Positions 18,300-27,984 of a stretch of 27,984 nt of DNA are shown piece after piece. Each line of letters begins with the position of its first letter. Positions within the stretch are counted from its first letter, which is position 1. Location of the stretch: positions 1-27,984 of the forward strand of contig JAQBPP010000020.1 in assembly GCA_028287455.1 (NCBI GenBank), read 5' to 3'. This DNA is from Bacilli bacterium. Lineage in GTDB: Bacteria > Bacillota > Bacilli > Tumebacillales > JAQBPP01. The position numbers and the translations under genes are program-made. The notes below the pieces were generated by a model. That model was given only the letters and a program-made list of their open reading frames with translations, was not told the origin of the DNA and did not search any database.

Positions 18300-20282
18300 C
18301 TAGCTGACCGATTGTGCCAACAATTCCACTACATCAAAAGTGGGCATCGTATCTTCCACGCCCTTCTGCTTGGTGCCGTCGATCATCATCGTCATGCAGA
18401 ACGGGCAGGCGGTGCCGATCGCCTGACACCCTGTGTCCATGGCCTGCTCCACCCGGAACACATTGATGCGCTTGTCGCCAGTTTCTTCTTTCCACATCGA
18501 ACCGCCGCCTGCGCCGCAGCACATTCCGCGCTCCCGATTGCGCTCCATCTCTACCACTCTGAGACCGGGAATTTGCGACAAGATGTAGCGCGGCGCAGAG
18601 AATATCCCGTTGTAGCGGCCTAAGTAACAGGAATCGTGATAGGTCATTGTAATGTCTACCTTCCTGGTTGGCTTAAGCTGCCCAGTCTCCACCAACTGTG
18701 CCAGCAATTCTGTCGCGTGATACACTTCCGCCTCGAAGCCGAACTGAGAATATTCATTTTTAATCGTATTATAGGCATGTGGATCGGTTGTCACAATTTT
18801 TTTGATGCCATAACGGTGAAATTGCTCAATATTCGACTTGGCCAGCTCCTGGAACAGCAATTCATTGCCCAGTCTGCGTGCGGCGTCCCCATCGCTTTCC
18901 TCCAGTGTTCCGAGGATTGCGAAGCTGATGCCCGCCTCATTCAACAATTTTACAAACGCCTGGGCGATTTTTTGATTGCGTGGATCGAAGGAAACGGCGG
19001 ATCCCACGTAATACAGGTATTCGACGTCACCATCCGCCTGTTCCATTGTGCGCACTGGCAATTCTTTGGCCCAGTCCGCCCGCTCTGAGCGGCTTTGCCC
19101 CCATTCATTGGAGTGACGCTCCAAATTGTTGAACGCGCGTTTCATTTCACTGGACGATTTCCCGTCTGTCATGACAAGATAACGGCGCAGATCAACGATC
19201 TTGTCAACGTGCTCATTAAACACCGGACAAGCTTCCTCGCAGGCGCGGCACGTGGTGCACGCCCAAATTTCTTCTTCCGAATAAACGTCTCCAATCAGCG
19301 CCGGCAGCTCTTGCCTTTTGCCTTCCACCTGTGCTCCTGCTGACCCGATCATGATCGGACCTGCAACGTCTGTTAAATGATCACGCATTTTTAAAATTAA
19401 ATGTTTCGGAGATAACGGCTTGCCAGTTAAAGTAGCAGGACAGGAAACGTGGCAGCGGCCGCATTCCGTACAGGCATATCCATCGAGCAGCTGCTTCCAG
19501 GTAAATTGATCCATCCGGCCCACGCCGAATTCCTCAATCGACTCATCTTCCAAGTCGAGGCTGCGCAATTGCCCGTATGGACGCAGAGAACGATAGTAAG
19601 TGTTAAAAGGGGCTGCCAGCATATGCAAATGTTTCGAGCGTGGAATGAAAACTAAAAATCCTAGCAGAATTGCCAGATGCAGCCAAATGAACAGCTCCCG
19701 CAGAGCAGCTGCTATACGCCAATCAACCGAAAGAAGGCTGGCAATTCCGGAAGCCATAGGTGCTGACAGGCCGGCTGCCGCATCCCCTAACGCAATATCC
19801 AGCGACTGGGCAGCCGTATCAGTCAGGATTAATCCGGCAAGCAACGCTAAAATCACATAGGCATCAGAACTCTGATCGAGTCGCATTGGTCTGAAAAAAT
19901 ACCGTCTGGCCCAGGCGATTGCAACTGCCAACAGTACAAGCAGCGAAAACAGCTCGTGCAGATAGCGAAACCAACCGGAATCCCCGATCCACAGCAGGTG
20001 CCTGCCAAAAATATGAAAGCCGATAAAATCAAGTGTACCAACGGATAGAACGATGAATCCCCAAAAAATCAGAAAATGTCCGATCCCTGCGGGTTCCGCC
20101 AGCACCTTGGCCTGACCCAGCACATACTTGAAAAAGATGCCCAAGCGCCTCTTGCGCTGACCTGTGCGATCCTCCGGCTGGGCAGCGCGCAAAAAGCGTA
20201 ATTTTGCATAAAAAGCCTGCCAGAACAACCATCCAGCATAACCTGACGCCGCTAAGAAAATCGCAATTCGCAATCCATACAT
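18300..20282 (-). CDS. fadF: FadF-type membrane Fe-S oxidoreductase (TM domain, 2x[4Fe-4S], CCG domains), ~660 aa
   Basis: CTECGRCHVSCP, CTTCRACEEACP, YHDSCYLGR, CCGAGGG; start moved to ATG 20282 (MYGLR) after AGAGGG. Confidence 0.9.
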   Translation of the reverse strand: MYGLRIAIFLAASGYAGWLFWQAFYAKLRFLRAAQPEDRTGQRKRRLGIFFKYVLGQAKVLAEPAGIGHFLIFWGFIVLSVGTLDFIGFHIFGRHLLWIGDSGWFRYLHELFSLLVLLAVAIAWARRYFFRPMRLDQSSDAYVILALLAGLILTDTAAQSLDIALGDAAAGLSAPMASGIASLLSVDWRIAAALRELFIWLHLAILLGFLVFIPRSKHLHMLAAPFNTYYRSLRPYGQLRSLDLEDESIEEFGVGRMDQFTWKQLLDGYACTECGRCHVSCPATLTGKPLSPKHLILKMRDHLTDVAGPIMIGSAGAQVEGKRQELPALIGDVYSEEEIWACTTCRACEEACPVFNEHVDKIVDLRRYLVMTDGKSSSEMKRAFNNLERHSNEWGQSRSERADWAKELPVRTMEQADGDVEYLYYVGSAVSFDPRNQKIAQAFVKLLNEAGISFAILGTLEESDGDAARRLGNELLFQELAKSNIEQFHRYGIKKIVTTDPHAYNTIKNEYSQFGFEAEVYHATELLAQLVETGQLKPTRKVDITMTYHDSCYLGRYNGIFSAPRYILSQIPGLRVVEMERNRERGMCCGAGGGSMWKEETGDKRINVFRVEQAMDTGCQAIGTACPFCMTMMIDGTKQKGVEDTMPTFDVVELLAQSVS

Positions 20283-20316
20283 CGCGTTCCCTCTTTTCTC
20301 TGGTCGAGATAGGGCG

Positions 20317-20874
20317 CTATTTGGTTGCTGCGAGCAGATCACCATATAGTTCTGAGTTTAAAAAGGGGATTAGCACCCTTACTACGCCTTGCTTCCACGA
20401 GTCCTCCCGCGAAATTATGCCCTTCGACAAATACCCGATGGCGCCCAATTTCCGCTTGGAATCTTTGTCACCTGTAATTTCATCCATTAATGGGCCGAGT
20501 TCTTCGCCCGCGAGCAATTTCTGTGTGATAAAACTGGGCAGGGCGACCGTAAACTCCCGCGTGGACCATGACTGCCCGTCGCTGTTAACCACCGCAACGC
20601 AGCCTCCCAGCCAGCCCACCCCGATCTCGTCAATATCGACGCCGCCTTCCAGGCCAAACGCCCAGTCAGCCCCTGTCTGCCGCAGCGCGGCTTCTGCCCG
20701 GTTGTGTGCCCCGCGCTTCGTTTCGTCCGCAGACATGGGCTGTTCTGATATTCCGCTTGGCACTTCGATGGCAACGATAGTTACCCCGTCGAAGATTTGC
20801 TCTACTACCCACTTGACTGCGTTCACTTTGGTAGGGTTGGTGGAGCCCACCGCCACCTGAAGGATTTGTTTCAT
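20317..20874 (-). CDS. yjjX: Inosine/xanthosine triphosphatase (YjjX/DUF84 family)
   Basis: VGSTNPTKVNAV, VPSGISEQPMS..ET..GA.NRA, GLEGG, ELGPLMD, GAIG.LS.G...R. Confidence 0.9.
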   Translation of the reverse strand: MKQILQVAVGSTNPTKVNAVKWVVEQIFDGVTIVAIEVPSGISEQPMSADETKRGAHNRAEAALRQTGADWAFGLEGGVDIDEIGVGWLGGCVAVVNSDGQSWSTREFTVALPSFITQKLLAGEELGPLMDEITGDKDSKRKLGAIGYLSKGIISREDSWKQGVVRVLIPFLNSELYGDLLAATK

Positions 20875-20948
20875 CCGTATCCCCTCCTTGCTTGATACCG
20901 ACTTACTTCGTCAAAGGCGCTTCTAAACCTTTTATTAATTTTGTGTGA

Positions 20949-20974
20949 AGGAAATTGACGATTTTTGTCGAAAT
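20949..20974 (+). promoter_or_regulatory. Sigma-H-like promoter with overlapping perfect 0A box upstream of MCP
   Basis: AGGAAAT-11 bp-GTCGAAAT; TGTCGAA at 20966-20972. Confidence 0.45.
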
Positions 20975-21060
20975 GGGTTGGCAACAATTGTCAGAAGGCA
21001 GGCGCCTTACCCTGCTGCACATCGTACTTATCTTTCATATACTTGGACGGAGTTGATCAT

Positions 21061-23214
21061 TTGTTGAAGCAATTGCTGGAGAGAACAGGTTTGGTTTTAA
21101 AACGAGTGCCTTGGAAGCGATTACGTTTCAAATCAAGCCGCTTTAACCAAAAACAATTTAACTTAAATTTGAAGTACCCGTCTGGCATCAGACGCAAGCT
21201 TGTGTTGACCTTTCTCGCACTTTCTTTGGTGCCTTTGCTGCTTGTTGGTTGTATATCCTATTTCATTTCCGGCTCAATCATTCAAAACAAAGCGAAACAG
21301 TTGACGCAACCTACAGTGGCATTAACCGCCCAAACGATAGATCTATTGATGCAGCATTACGATGAATTATCTATGCAGATCATCACCAACAAGGACCTGC
21401 AGGATTTAATCTCCGCTCAAGTGGATCCTAATGATGCTTATGCAAAACTGCAAACCAATACGCAGGTTAATAACTTGATCACGAATTTCACAAATGGAAA
21501 TGTAGCGGATAGTCTATCCGTCTCCATCCTTGCGCAGAATGGCTTCAACTATGGAAGTCTGGCCAGCGGCCCATCGAAATGGGCTGATTTGCAAAACGAG
21601 GGTTGGATGAAAGCAACTCTTACAGCGAATGGAAAAATAGTTTGGCTCGCCCCAAGCCTGACTGACCGTAATGGTTTAACTGCTTCTCCAGGGATTTTTA
21701 CTTTGACAAGAGTAATCAAGGGGTCTAACAATCTCGGTACTGCAGGCGTACTGGTGATGCAAATCCCAACTGTCAATTTACAAAGCATCAAGAATTCCAA
21801 ACTCGGCGACAACGGCTTCTTGTTTCTGACAGATGCAGGCGGCAGCGTGGTATACAGTCCCTCCGATCTGATTAAAGGTGCGGATTCAGTCTCGAAACTC
21901 TCTTCTATGACTGCTGCGCTGCAGGGAAAGGTCGGGCAGTATGCCGATTCCTTCAACCACACCCAGACGTTAATTACCTATGAAACCTCCACTTATTCAG
22001 GCTGGAAAATCGTCGGTGTAGTTCCACTGCAGGAATTAACCAAAGAAACGTTCTGGATCGGCATGGCCACCGTACTCATCCTGCTTGTTAGTTTTGGGTT
22101 GTGCTTATTGATTGCCAGCCGCATTGCGAACTCGTTCGCCTCGCCGATCCAATTACTTGTAGATGCCATGAAAAAGGTGGCCACTGGCGATTTAACTGCA
22201 GCAGTTGTGATCAACAGGGAAGATGAAATCGGTTTGCTCTCGACTGAATTTACCAAAATGGTCAAAGGCATCGAGTCGTTGATCGAACAAGTGAGAACTA
22301 CCGCTTTGCTCGTGGCAACCGAAACGAAAACGATGGTTGAATCCCTCGGGACCTCTTTGGCAGCTTCGCAAGAGGTGGCTTCCGCAGTTGAGAATATTGC
22401 GCAAGGGGCCGGGGAACAAGCCGCGGAAGTGGACAACGGCAGCCGGGTCACCGCATCGATCGTGGAGAAAGTGCAGCATGCAGTTGAAGCAACCCAGGGT
22501 ATGAAACAAGTCACTCTGCAAGTACAGGAATTGAGTGTCAATGGTGAAACTCAAATTTCCGGTCTCGTAACGTCTACCGACAAGGCGCAGCAGCAGATCA
22601 ATAAAATCAGCGAGGTGATGGAATCCCTGGTCACCAGTGTGAAGGACATCGATCAGATCGTGGCCAGCATTTCATCCATTGCCGAACAAACGAATTTGCT
22701 GTCGTTAAACGCAGCCATCGAAGCGGCACGCGCCGGCGTACACGGGAACGGATTTCGGGTCGTTGCAGATGAAGTGCGCAAATTGGCAGATCAAGCGAAA
22801 ACATCCACTCAGGGCATTCGAAAAATCACGCAGCAAATTAATGAACGCACTACGCAAGTTTCAGCAAACATGCAGGCAACCAATGAGGTATTTCACCAAC
22901 AGTCTGTCTCAGTGAACAAGACTGAACAGGTGTTTCAAACCATCCAGTCTTCCATGCAAGGCATGCTGGGGCAGCTCAATGAGTTCACCTTGATGATGAC
23001 CGATTTGGAAGGCGCTCGCGGTGAACTGGTCGTGGCGATTTCGAAGATATCTGCTGTTGCGCAGGAAGCAGCCGCTACAACCGAAGAAGTGTCTTCGTTA
23101 ACCCGTGAGCAAACGGATGCAACCGAGACGCTGCGGAGTCTAACCACCGGATTGTCTGTGCAAGCAGATGCGCTGTCCGAACAAGTCGCAAGCTTCCGTA
23201 CGAACAACCAATAA
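21061..23214 (+). CDS. Methyl-accepting chemotaxis protein (TM-dCache-like-TM-HAMP-signalling domain)
   Basis: Two TM helices flanking a ~270-aa extracellular region, HAMP ([14 protein letters not shown]), [29 protein letters not shown]; start moved to TTG 21061 after GGAG. Confidence 0.92.
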   Translation: MLKQLLERTGLVLKRVPWKRLRFKSSRFNQKQFNLNLKYPSGIRRKLVLTFLALSLVPLLLVGCISYFISGSIIQNKAKQLTQPTVALTAQTIDLLMQHYDELSMQIITNKDLQDLISAQVDPNDAYAKLQTNTQVNNLITNFTNGNVADSLSVSILAQNGFNYGSLASGPSKWADLQNEGWMKATLTANGKIVWLAPSLTDRNGLTASPGIFTLTRVIKGSNNLGTAGVLVMQIPTVNLQSIKNSKLGDNGFLFLTDAGGSVVYSPSDLIKGADSVSKLSSMTAALQGKVGQYADSFNHTQTLITYETSTYSGWKIVGVVPLQELTKETFWIGMATVLILLVSFGLCLLIASRIANSFASPIQLLVDAMKKVATGDLTAAVVINREDEIGLLSTEFTKMVKGIESLIEQVRTTALLVATETKTMVESLGTSLAASQEVASAVENIAQGAGEQAAEVDNGSRVTASIVEKVQHAVEATQGMKQVTLQVQELSVNGETQISGLVTSTDKAQQQINKISEVMESLVTSVKDIDQIVASISSIAEQTNLLSLNAAIEAARAGVHGNGFRVVADEVRKLADQAKTSTQGIRKITQQINERTTQVSANMQATNEVFHQQSVSVNKTEQVFQTIQSSMQGMLGQLNEFTLMMTDLEGARGELVVAISKISAVAQEAAATTEEVSSLTREQTDATETLRSLTTGLSVQADALSEQVASFRTNNQ

Positions 23215-23218
23215 GAAA

Positions 23219-23258
23219 ACAGGCCGCCCGCATTCCGATTAGGATGCAGACGGCCTGT
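23219..23258. terminator. Bidirectional terminator between MCP and SLH protein
   Basis: ACAGGCCG..GCAT.CC..GGATGC..CGGCCTGT long stem between convergent genes. Confidence 0.75.
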
Positions 23259-23276
23259 ATTTGATATCGATCGATT

Positions 23277-25580
23277 TTAGTAGGGACGATATGTTGGGGT
23301 GTTGAGTTGCAATTTGGCTACACGATCGGCCACTACAACCACAGACGCAAGTGAGGCTTGATCAAGCGGCGAAAATGTATCACCACCACCACCGCCCATT
23401 ATTCCTAACGCGCTGGCAATTGCAATGTCACCCACATACTGATCATTCTGATCAATATCCGTGTAAGGGTTTTTAAACCAGCTGGTTTTCGAGGCTAGTT
23501 TGGAATAGCCGATAATTCGCACTGCGAAATCAGCCAATTCTTCTCTTGTGATGATATCGTCTGGACGGAAGTTTTTCATATCCTGGTCAATCCAACCCGC
23601 CATAACAGCTGCTTCAATGTCAGACGCCTGTGAGCTGCCCGCGTACACATCAAAGAATGGTGACGAAGCACTTGCCGCTTTGGCGACAAACGGATTGTGC
23701 AGCGCCAGCACTAACAAATGGACTGCCTGGGAACGCGTCAACAACTGGTCCGGATTGACCTTGCCATTTTTCACTTCAATAATGCCGCGATCAGCGAAAT
23801 CCTGCAGCTGTGTTTCTGCCCAATGCCCTTTAATATCCGTTACATTCTGGTGAGTAGGCTGGTTGCTAAACGGACTGATAAACTGTCCCGTTAGCGCATC
23901 CAGTACTTGCGGTCCGTTAGCAGGCACCTCAGGCGCATAAACCAGCCTTGGCGAGGTTGGCGGCCATGTCAATTGCCCTGTGGTCGGATCCTTGACTGGC
24001 ACCAGCACGTATTGCAATGTCAAAGGGTACTGTTTCACATAGTCAGCCTGAGCTGTTTTGAGAGAGACTGCACCCGCAGGATTCGGAAAATCACTTGTTG
24101 TAACGTTTTGATTCGCATTGTAATTATCTACATTGCCAGTGGTTTGACTGACAGAGACATTTATCGATTGAAATTGAACTGGAATTCCATTTACTAACCC
24201 ATTGAAGTGAATCATGTAGTCGCTCGACACAGGCATCTTGCCTGGATAATAAACTTGCTGCGAAACTGTTGAATACACGAGGTTAGCCACCCGGGTGGGA
24301 GCCACTTTGGCAACGAAAGTTTTCGCAATCTGCACGGCTTGGTCGCTGCTGATGACAGGAGCCTGACTTGTTGCGTTCGTGGATTGGGGTTGAACAGTAT
24401 TCCGCCAGTAGTTGATTAACTCTCCCGTATTCGCATCGATGTTGACGCTCAGCGACTGAACCTGAGCCGATTTGTCAGCAGGCGCAGCAGAAGGGGTAAA
24501 AGTGAAGTTCCAGGTGGGATCTGCTTTGGTCGTGTCACCCGGCGAGTTATAGGAACTGTTGGTCACTGTATAGCTGTTGTCTAAATTGAGGAGTTTGCGC
24601 GCTAATGCCACCGCATCGTCCTTCGATGTCAACGGACCATTCACCAGCGGTGCACCAGGGGTTGCAGCAATGGGAGCGTAGGGAACTGCCGCTGAAATCG
24701 GATTTCCATCGTTATCCAGGAGTGCCCCCGTAGTCGCGTCGACTAACGGCAGCGATCCAATCGAGCCTGCAGGGGCGGGCGTTGAGTACACCAGATGTGA
24801 GACCGGACCGCCCGCATATTGCGGAAACTGCTGGATATACTGCAGTGACAAAGGCAACAAGGCATATTTGCTCGCTGCCGCATCTGCTGAATAAACTGCC
24901 TTTGATACAGCAGGGAACTGAGCATCTGCCAATAACCAGGAATAGGAATAATTCATCAGGTCCCCATGGCTGGAGATTGAAATGTTGAATCCGTCTGAAC
25001 GGACCGGAATTCCATTTACCAGTCTGTTGAACTTAAACATAAAATTCTGGGACACGTTCGGATTCAGCCCAACAGGCTGGTTTTCCGTGCCTTGATCGAT
25101 ATACTGCACTTTATCCGGAGCAAGTTTTGCAATCCATGCTTGTGCAGCCGCTTTGGCTGCGTCGGCCGTAATTGGTGAACTGGAACCATCTGCTGGCAGC
25201 GGCTGGTTATAAGAACGGTAAATGGAGTAAATGCTGCCTGTAATGGCATCCACAGACGCATTCAGGTTGGTGGTGATGGTACTGTCGCCTTTGGTCCAAC
25301 TGAACGTCCAGGTGACTTTATGCATATTGGGTGACGATGGAAGATTGACACTGTTGCTGCTGCTGTTGTCGTTGCTGCTGACATTTTGCAGTTTGTAAGA
25401 GTCATCGATCGATAAAGCAGTTTTGACCAGTTCGAGTGCTTGCTGCTGTGTCAGTTGAGCAACCGCTACAGCCGGTGCAGACTGGGCACTATCTGCCGAA
25501 ACGGCAAGCGGCGAGAGTGTGCTAAACAGCGTAAATCCGATCGTTAAGGTAACCAACTGATGGCCCGGCTTTATGAACAA
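23277..25580 (-). CDS. Secreted SLH-anchored protein with YcdB/YcdC-like (PepSY-like) tandem repeats
   Basis: Signal peptide; duplicated ~270-aa unit (W.F.W/F..DA.TG; A..IA..F(W)..K+AP..VNGIPV; PL.LQY..LVY..DA.TG); C-terminal SLH motifs (DIKGHWAE, NPDQLLTRSQA, RPDDIITREELA). Repeat-family name is by pattern, not HMM. Confidence 0.8.
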   Translation of the reverse strand: MFIKPGHQLVTLTIGFTLFSTLSPLAVSADSAQSAPAVAVAQLTQQQALELVKTALSIDDSYKLQNVSSNDNSSSNSVNLPSSPNMHKVTWTFSWTKGDSTITTNLNASVDAITGSIYSIYRSYNQPLPADGSSSPITADAAKAAAQAWIAKLAPDKVQYIDQGTENQPVGLNPNVSQNFMFKFNRLVNGIPVRSDGFNISISSHGDLMNYSYSWLLADAQFPAVSKAVYSADAAASKYALLPLSLQYIQQFPQYAGGPVSHLVYSTPAPAGSIGSLPLVDATTGALLDNDGNPISAAVPYAPIAATPGAPLVNGPLTSKDDAVALARKLLNLDNSYTVTNSSYNSPGDTTKADPTWNFTFTPSAAPADKSAQVQSLSVNIDANTGELINYWRNTVQPQSTNATSQAPVISSDQAVQIAKTFVAKVAPTRVANLVYSTVSQQVYYPGKMPVSSDYMIHFNGLVNGIPVQFQSINVSVSQTTGNVDNYNANQNVTTSDFPNPAGAVSLKTAQADYVKQYPLTLQYVLVPVKDPTTGQLTWPPTSPRLVYAPEVPANGPQVLDALTGQFISPFSNQPTHQNVTDIKGHWAETQLQDFADRGIIEVKNGKVNPDQLLTRSQAVHLLVLALHNPFVAKAASASSPFFDVYAGSSQASDIEAAVMAGWIDQDMKNFRPDDIITREELADFAVRIIGYSKLASKTSWFKNPYTDIDQNDQYVGDIAIASALGIMGGGGGDTFSPLDQASLASVVVVADRVAKLQLNTPTYRPY

Positions 25581-25633
25581 GAAAAACCCTCCTTTTGATA
25601 GTTGACTTGAATCTAACTCTTAATACTATTAAT

Positions 25634-25661
25634 TAGACGAGTAAATTACCAAAAGGTTACA
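25634..25661 (-). promoter_or_regulatory. ECF sigma-factor promoter (sigma-X/M/V-like)
   Basis: TGTAAC-16 bp-CGTCTA upstream of the SLH gene. Confidence 0.75.
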
Positions 25662-25702
25662 AAAAATTTAACAGATTCTGGAGTCTTTTTTTCAGCGGGC
25701 CA

Positions 25703-26140
25703 TCAATCGCTCCAAACTGCCTCAATTTGCACGGAAACTTTGCTATGTTCGCCCGCAAAATCCAGATCGTAGCTTAAATCCAAACGGACTGTGCCTGACC
25801 GCTCGGCTCTGACCCACTGGAAACCGGTGGTCCAAACGGCCATCTGAAACTTCCCGTATGGAGTTTCATAAACGCCCGTCTTCTTCGCGCCCTGCACAAA
25901 TTCCTGCCGCATGCTCATCTCGCCAGTACGCAGGAGCAGCGCTTTGTTCGGATCTACTTTCCAGACCACGGCAATGGGGCCTGTCCCCTCCCCAGCCTGC
26001 TCCTCATATCGGATAAACCAGGCATTTCCTGCGTAATTCAGGCTGCCCTCTACTTCCTGCTGCACCGTTTGAATGGCGCCAGGGTCTCTCTCCGGGATAA
26101 GCGTGGACTGAAAACGAATCACAGCTTGCCGCGTAAACAT
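25703..26140 (-). CDS. DUF1934 (YwiB-like) protein, 145 aa
   Basis: Y.E, ..LLRTGEMSMRQEF..G....YETPYG, YDL motifs; start moved to ATG 26140, 4 nt after the speB stop; usual synteny after speB. Confidence 0.85.
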   Translation of the reverse strand: MFTRQAVIRFQSTLIPERDPGAIQTVQQEVEGSLNYAGNAWFIRYEEQAGEGTGPIAVVWKVDPNKALLLRTGEMSMRQEFVQGAKKTGVYETPYGKFQMAVWTTGFQWVRAERSGTVRLDLSYDLDFAGEHSKVSVQIEAVWSD

Positions 26141-26144
26141 CGCC

Positions 26145-27032
26145 CTAGCCCTGCGTGAAACCAAGCAGCGCTTCCCGAATCGCTTTCGACGCGAGGATTT
26201 GCGTTTGCTCAGAGGGATCAATGCCCGGAGATACTTCTACTATGTCAAATCCCACAACTTGTACATCAGAGGCCGCGATCATGTGAATCGCTTTGAGCAA
26301 ATCGGCAGAACTGATTCCGCCCGCTTCCACAGTACCTGTACCAGGCGCAAACGCCGGATCCACTACATCGATATCCACAGTCAAGTAAACCGGCCGTCCA
26401 GCCAGAGCAGGCAACAAGCGGGCCAGCGGATCCAACACTTCAAATGGGTGAAAGTTGGTATTTTCTTTGGCCCAATAAAACTCTTCACGCGTTCCAGATC
26501 GGATCCCCAGCTGATAAACATTCCGGGGTCCAATGAGGCCACAGATGTGCCGCATGACAGCGGCATGAGAAAAGGGTTCTCCCTCGTAATCCTCCCGCAA
26601 ATCCGCATGCGCATCCAATTGAATCACAGCTAATTCCGGATACTTTGCCGACACGGCGCGGACCGGACCCAAGGTAACCAGATGTTCCCCGCCCATGCCA
26701 AAAGGCAGTTTCCCATCAGCTAATACTTTCGCCACATACTGTTCAATAACCTCAACTGATTTACCCGGATTTCCAAACGGCAGCGGCAGATCGCCAGCAT
26801 CGAAAAACGAAATGGTTTCCATATGCATATCCAGGTAAGGCGAGTATTCTTCCAGTCCGATCGACACTTCCCGAATTCTGGCAGGCCCGAGCCGCGTGCC
26901 GCCTCGAAACGATACGGTCCAGTCCATCGGCATGCCGTATAAAACTGCACGCGCTTTGTCATAATCCTGTGTAGCCCCGATAAACTCGTTGCCATTATAG
27001 GCTGGGTCAAACTTCATCGGATGAAAACTCAT
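26145..27032 (-). CDS. speB: Agmatinase (ureohydrolase)
   Basis: [30 protein letters not shown]; ATGA overlap with speE stop. Confidence 0.96.
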   Translation of the reverse strand: MSFHPMKFDPAYNGNEFIGATQDYDKARAVLYGMPMDWTVSFRGGTRLGPARIREVSIGLEEYSPYLDMHMETISFFDAGDLPLPFGNPGKSVEVIEQYVAKVLADGKLPFGMGGEHLVTLGPVRAVSAKYPELAVIQLDAHADLREDYEGEPFSHAAVMRHICGLIGPRNVYQLGIRSGTREEFYWAKENTNFHPFEVLDPLARLLPALAGRPVYLTVDIDVVDPAFAPGTGTVEAGGISSADLLKAIHMIAASDVQVVGFDIVEVSPGIDPSEQTQILASKAIREALLGFTQG

Positions 27033-27868
27033 TTAATTAAATCCTCCACGAATTTTGGCAATTGAAACACCGATTTATGAATGGAGGGTGAATAGTAGCG
27101 CGTTCCAGGCGGATCAAACAGCTTCGCCTCGTCCACTTGCAGTGGGTCATATTTTTTGGAACCCATCGTGAAGCTCCACAGCCCGGAAGGATACGTTGGG
27201 ATCGATACCGTATAGTAACGGGTTACCGGGTACAATGAAGCAATGTCCCGGTGAACGCGTTTGATCAGATCTGCATTTAACCAGGGAGACTCGGTTTGCG
27301 CCACCATTATGCCATCTTCTTTGAGTGCATCATAGATTCCTTGATAGAAATCTTTGGCAAAGAGGCCTACAGCTGGACCCACAGGCTCAGTGGAATCGAC
27401 CAGTATCACATCGTATTCCTGTTTGCTTTCCTGAATGTGCTTGATGCCATCAATCACTCGAACATCCACCTTCGGATCGCCAAGGCCGCTTGCGATGTCT
27501 GGCAGATACTGCTTGGACACTTCAATAACACGGCCATCAATTTCTGCCAGCACTGCTTTTTCCACAGATGGATGTTTGATTATCTCCCGGATGGCGCCAC
27601 CATCCCCTCCGCCGACAACCAGCACCTTTTTCGGATTCGGATGCGTGTTTAACGCGACATGCGAAATCATCTCGTGATAGACAAACTCATCGCGGTCGGT
27701 TGTCATCACCATGCCATCGAGCACCAGCATGGTCCCCCATTCCACTGTTTCAATCAGATCGAGCGCCTGAAACTTGGATACTTCTGTATGTAACGTCTTC
27801 GAAATCTTGGCGGTGATCCCATAATTTTCAGTTTGCTTCTCTGTATACCATAATTCCACTGCTTTCAT
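27029..27868 (-). CDS. speE: Polyamine aminopropyltransferase (spermidine synthase family)
   Basis: [51 protein letters not shown]. Confidence 0.97.
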   Translation of the reverse strand: MKAVELWYTEKQTENYGITAKISKTLHTEVSKFQALDLIETVEWGTMLVLDGMVMTTDRDEFVYHEMISHVALNTHPNPKKVLVVGGGDGGAIREIIKHPSVEKAVLAEIDGRVIEVSKQYLPDIASGLGDPKVDVRVIDGIKHIQESKQEYDVILVDSTEPVGPAVGLFAKDFYQGIYDALKEDGIMVAQTESPWLNADLIKRVHRDIASLYPVTRYYTVSIPTYPSGLWSFTMGSKKYDPLQVDEAKLFDPPGTRYYSPSIHKSVFQLPKFVEDLIK

Positions 27869-27897
27869 CTCCTCGCATGAACTAACATTCGATCCGT

Positions 27898-27926
27898 ATT
27901 ATACCAAACCCGGTTAACAGTCTCAA
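27898..27926 (-). promoter_or_regulatory. Sigma-A promoter of speE-speB-DUF1934
   Basis: TTGAGA-17 bp-TATAAT with extended TG. Confidence 0.8.
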
Positions 27927-27984
27927 TCGCTGGGACTCCACGTCTAAACTGGCCAACTACCGTCAATACTGGTGGAAGTATAAC

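Noticed and set aside
20283-20960. FadR operator for the fadF unit
   Set aside because: No TGAATGANTANTCATTCA-like palindrome seen upstream of yjjX or fadF.
20975-21030. Possible c-di-GMP riboswitch upstream of the MCP (GCAGG..CCTGC hairpin)
   Set aside because: Lacks the GGCAAA/GNRA tetraloop-receptor architecture of class I and the pseudoknot of class II.
27031-27042. Perfect palindrome ATTTAATTAAAT
   Set aside because: AT-only, inside the speE/speB coding junction; likely chance.

Overview
Core-chromosome segment of an endospore-forming Bacillota (Bacilli; gene order resembles the Bacillus subtilis speE/rpoE-pyrG-spo0F-fba-tal-rho-rpmE-tdk-prfA-prmC-spoIIR-ywlC region; an Alicyclobacillaceae/Paenibacillaceae-like lineage is inferred, not proven). 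Nearly all genes are on the minus strand. In transcription order: speE-speB-DUF1934, an SLH surface protein with an ECF-type promoter, a divergent MCP (+), yjjX-fadF-crotonase-meaB, rpoE, pyrG with a reiterative-transcription attenuator, spo0F, fba, transaldolase, a multi-TM protein, an M1 peptidase (+), rho, an uncharacterised radical SAM gene, rpmE, tdk, DUF1385, prfA, prmC, spoIIR with a sigma-F promoter, and sua5/ywlC preceded by a DnaA-box cluster. The 3' end of a phosphodiester glycosidase lies at the left edge. Two small ORFs with strong RBSs are missing from the ORF track: a 42-aa hydrophobic peptide (209-337, -) and a 37-aa peptide (6538-6651, +) convergent on the radical SAM gene. 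No mobile elements, CRISPR arrays, rRNA or tRNA were seen. The best leads are the peptide/radical SAM pair, the radical SAM family itself, the DnaA-box cluster and the orphan MeaB operon; none is a demonstrated new system from sequence alone.
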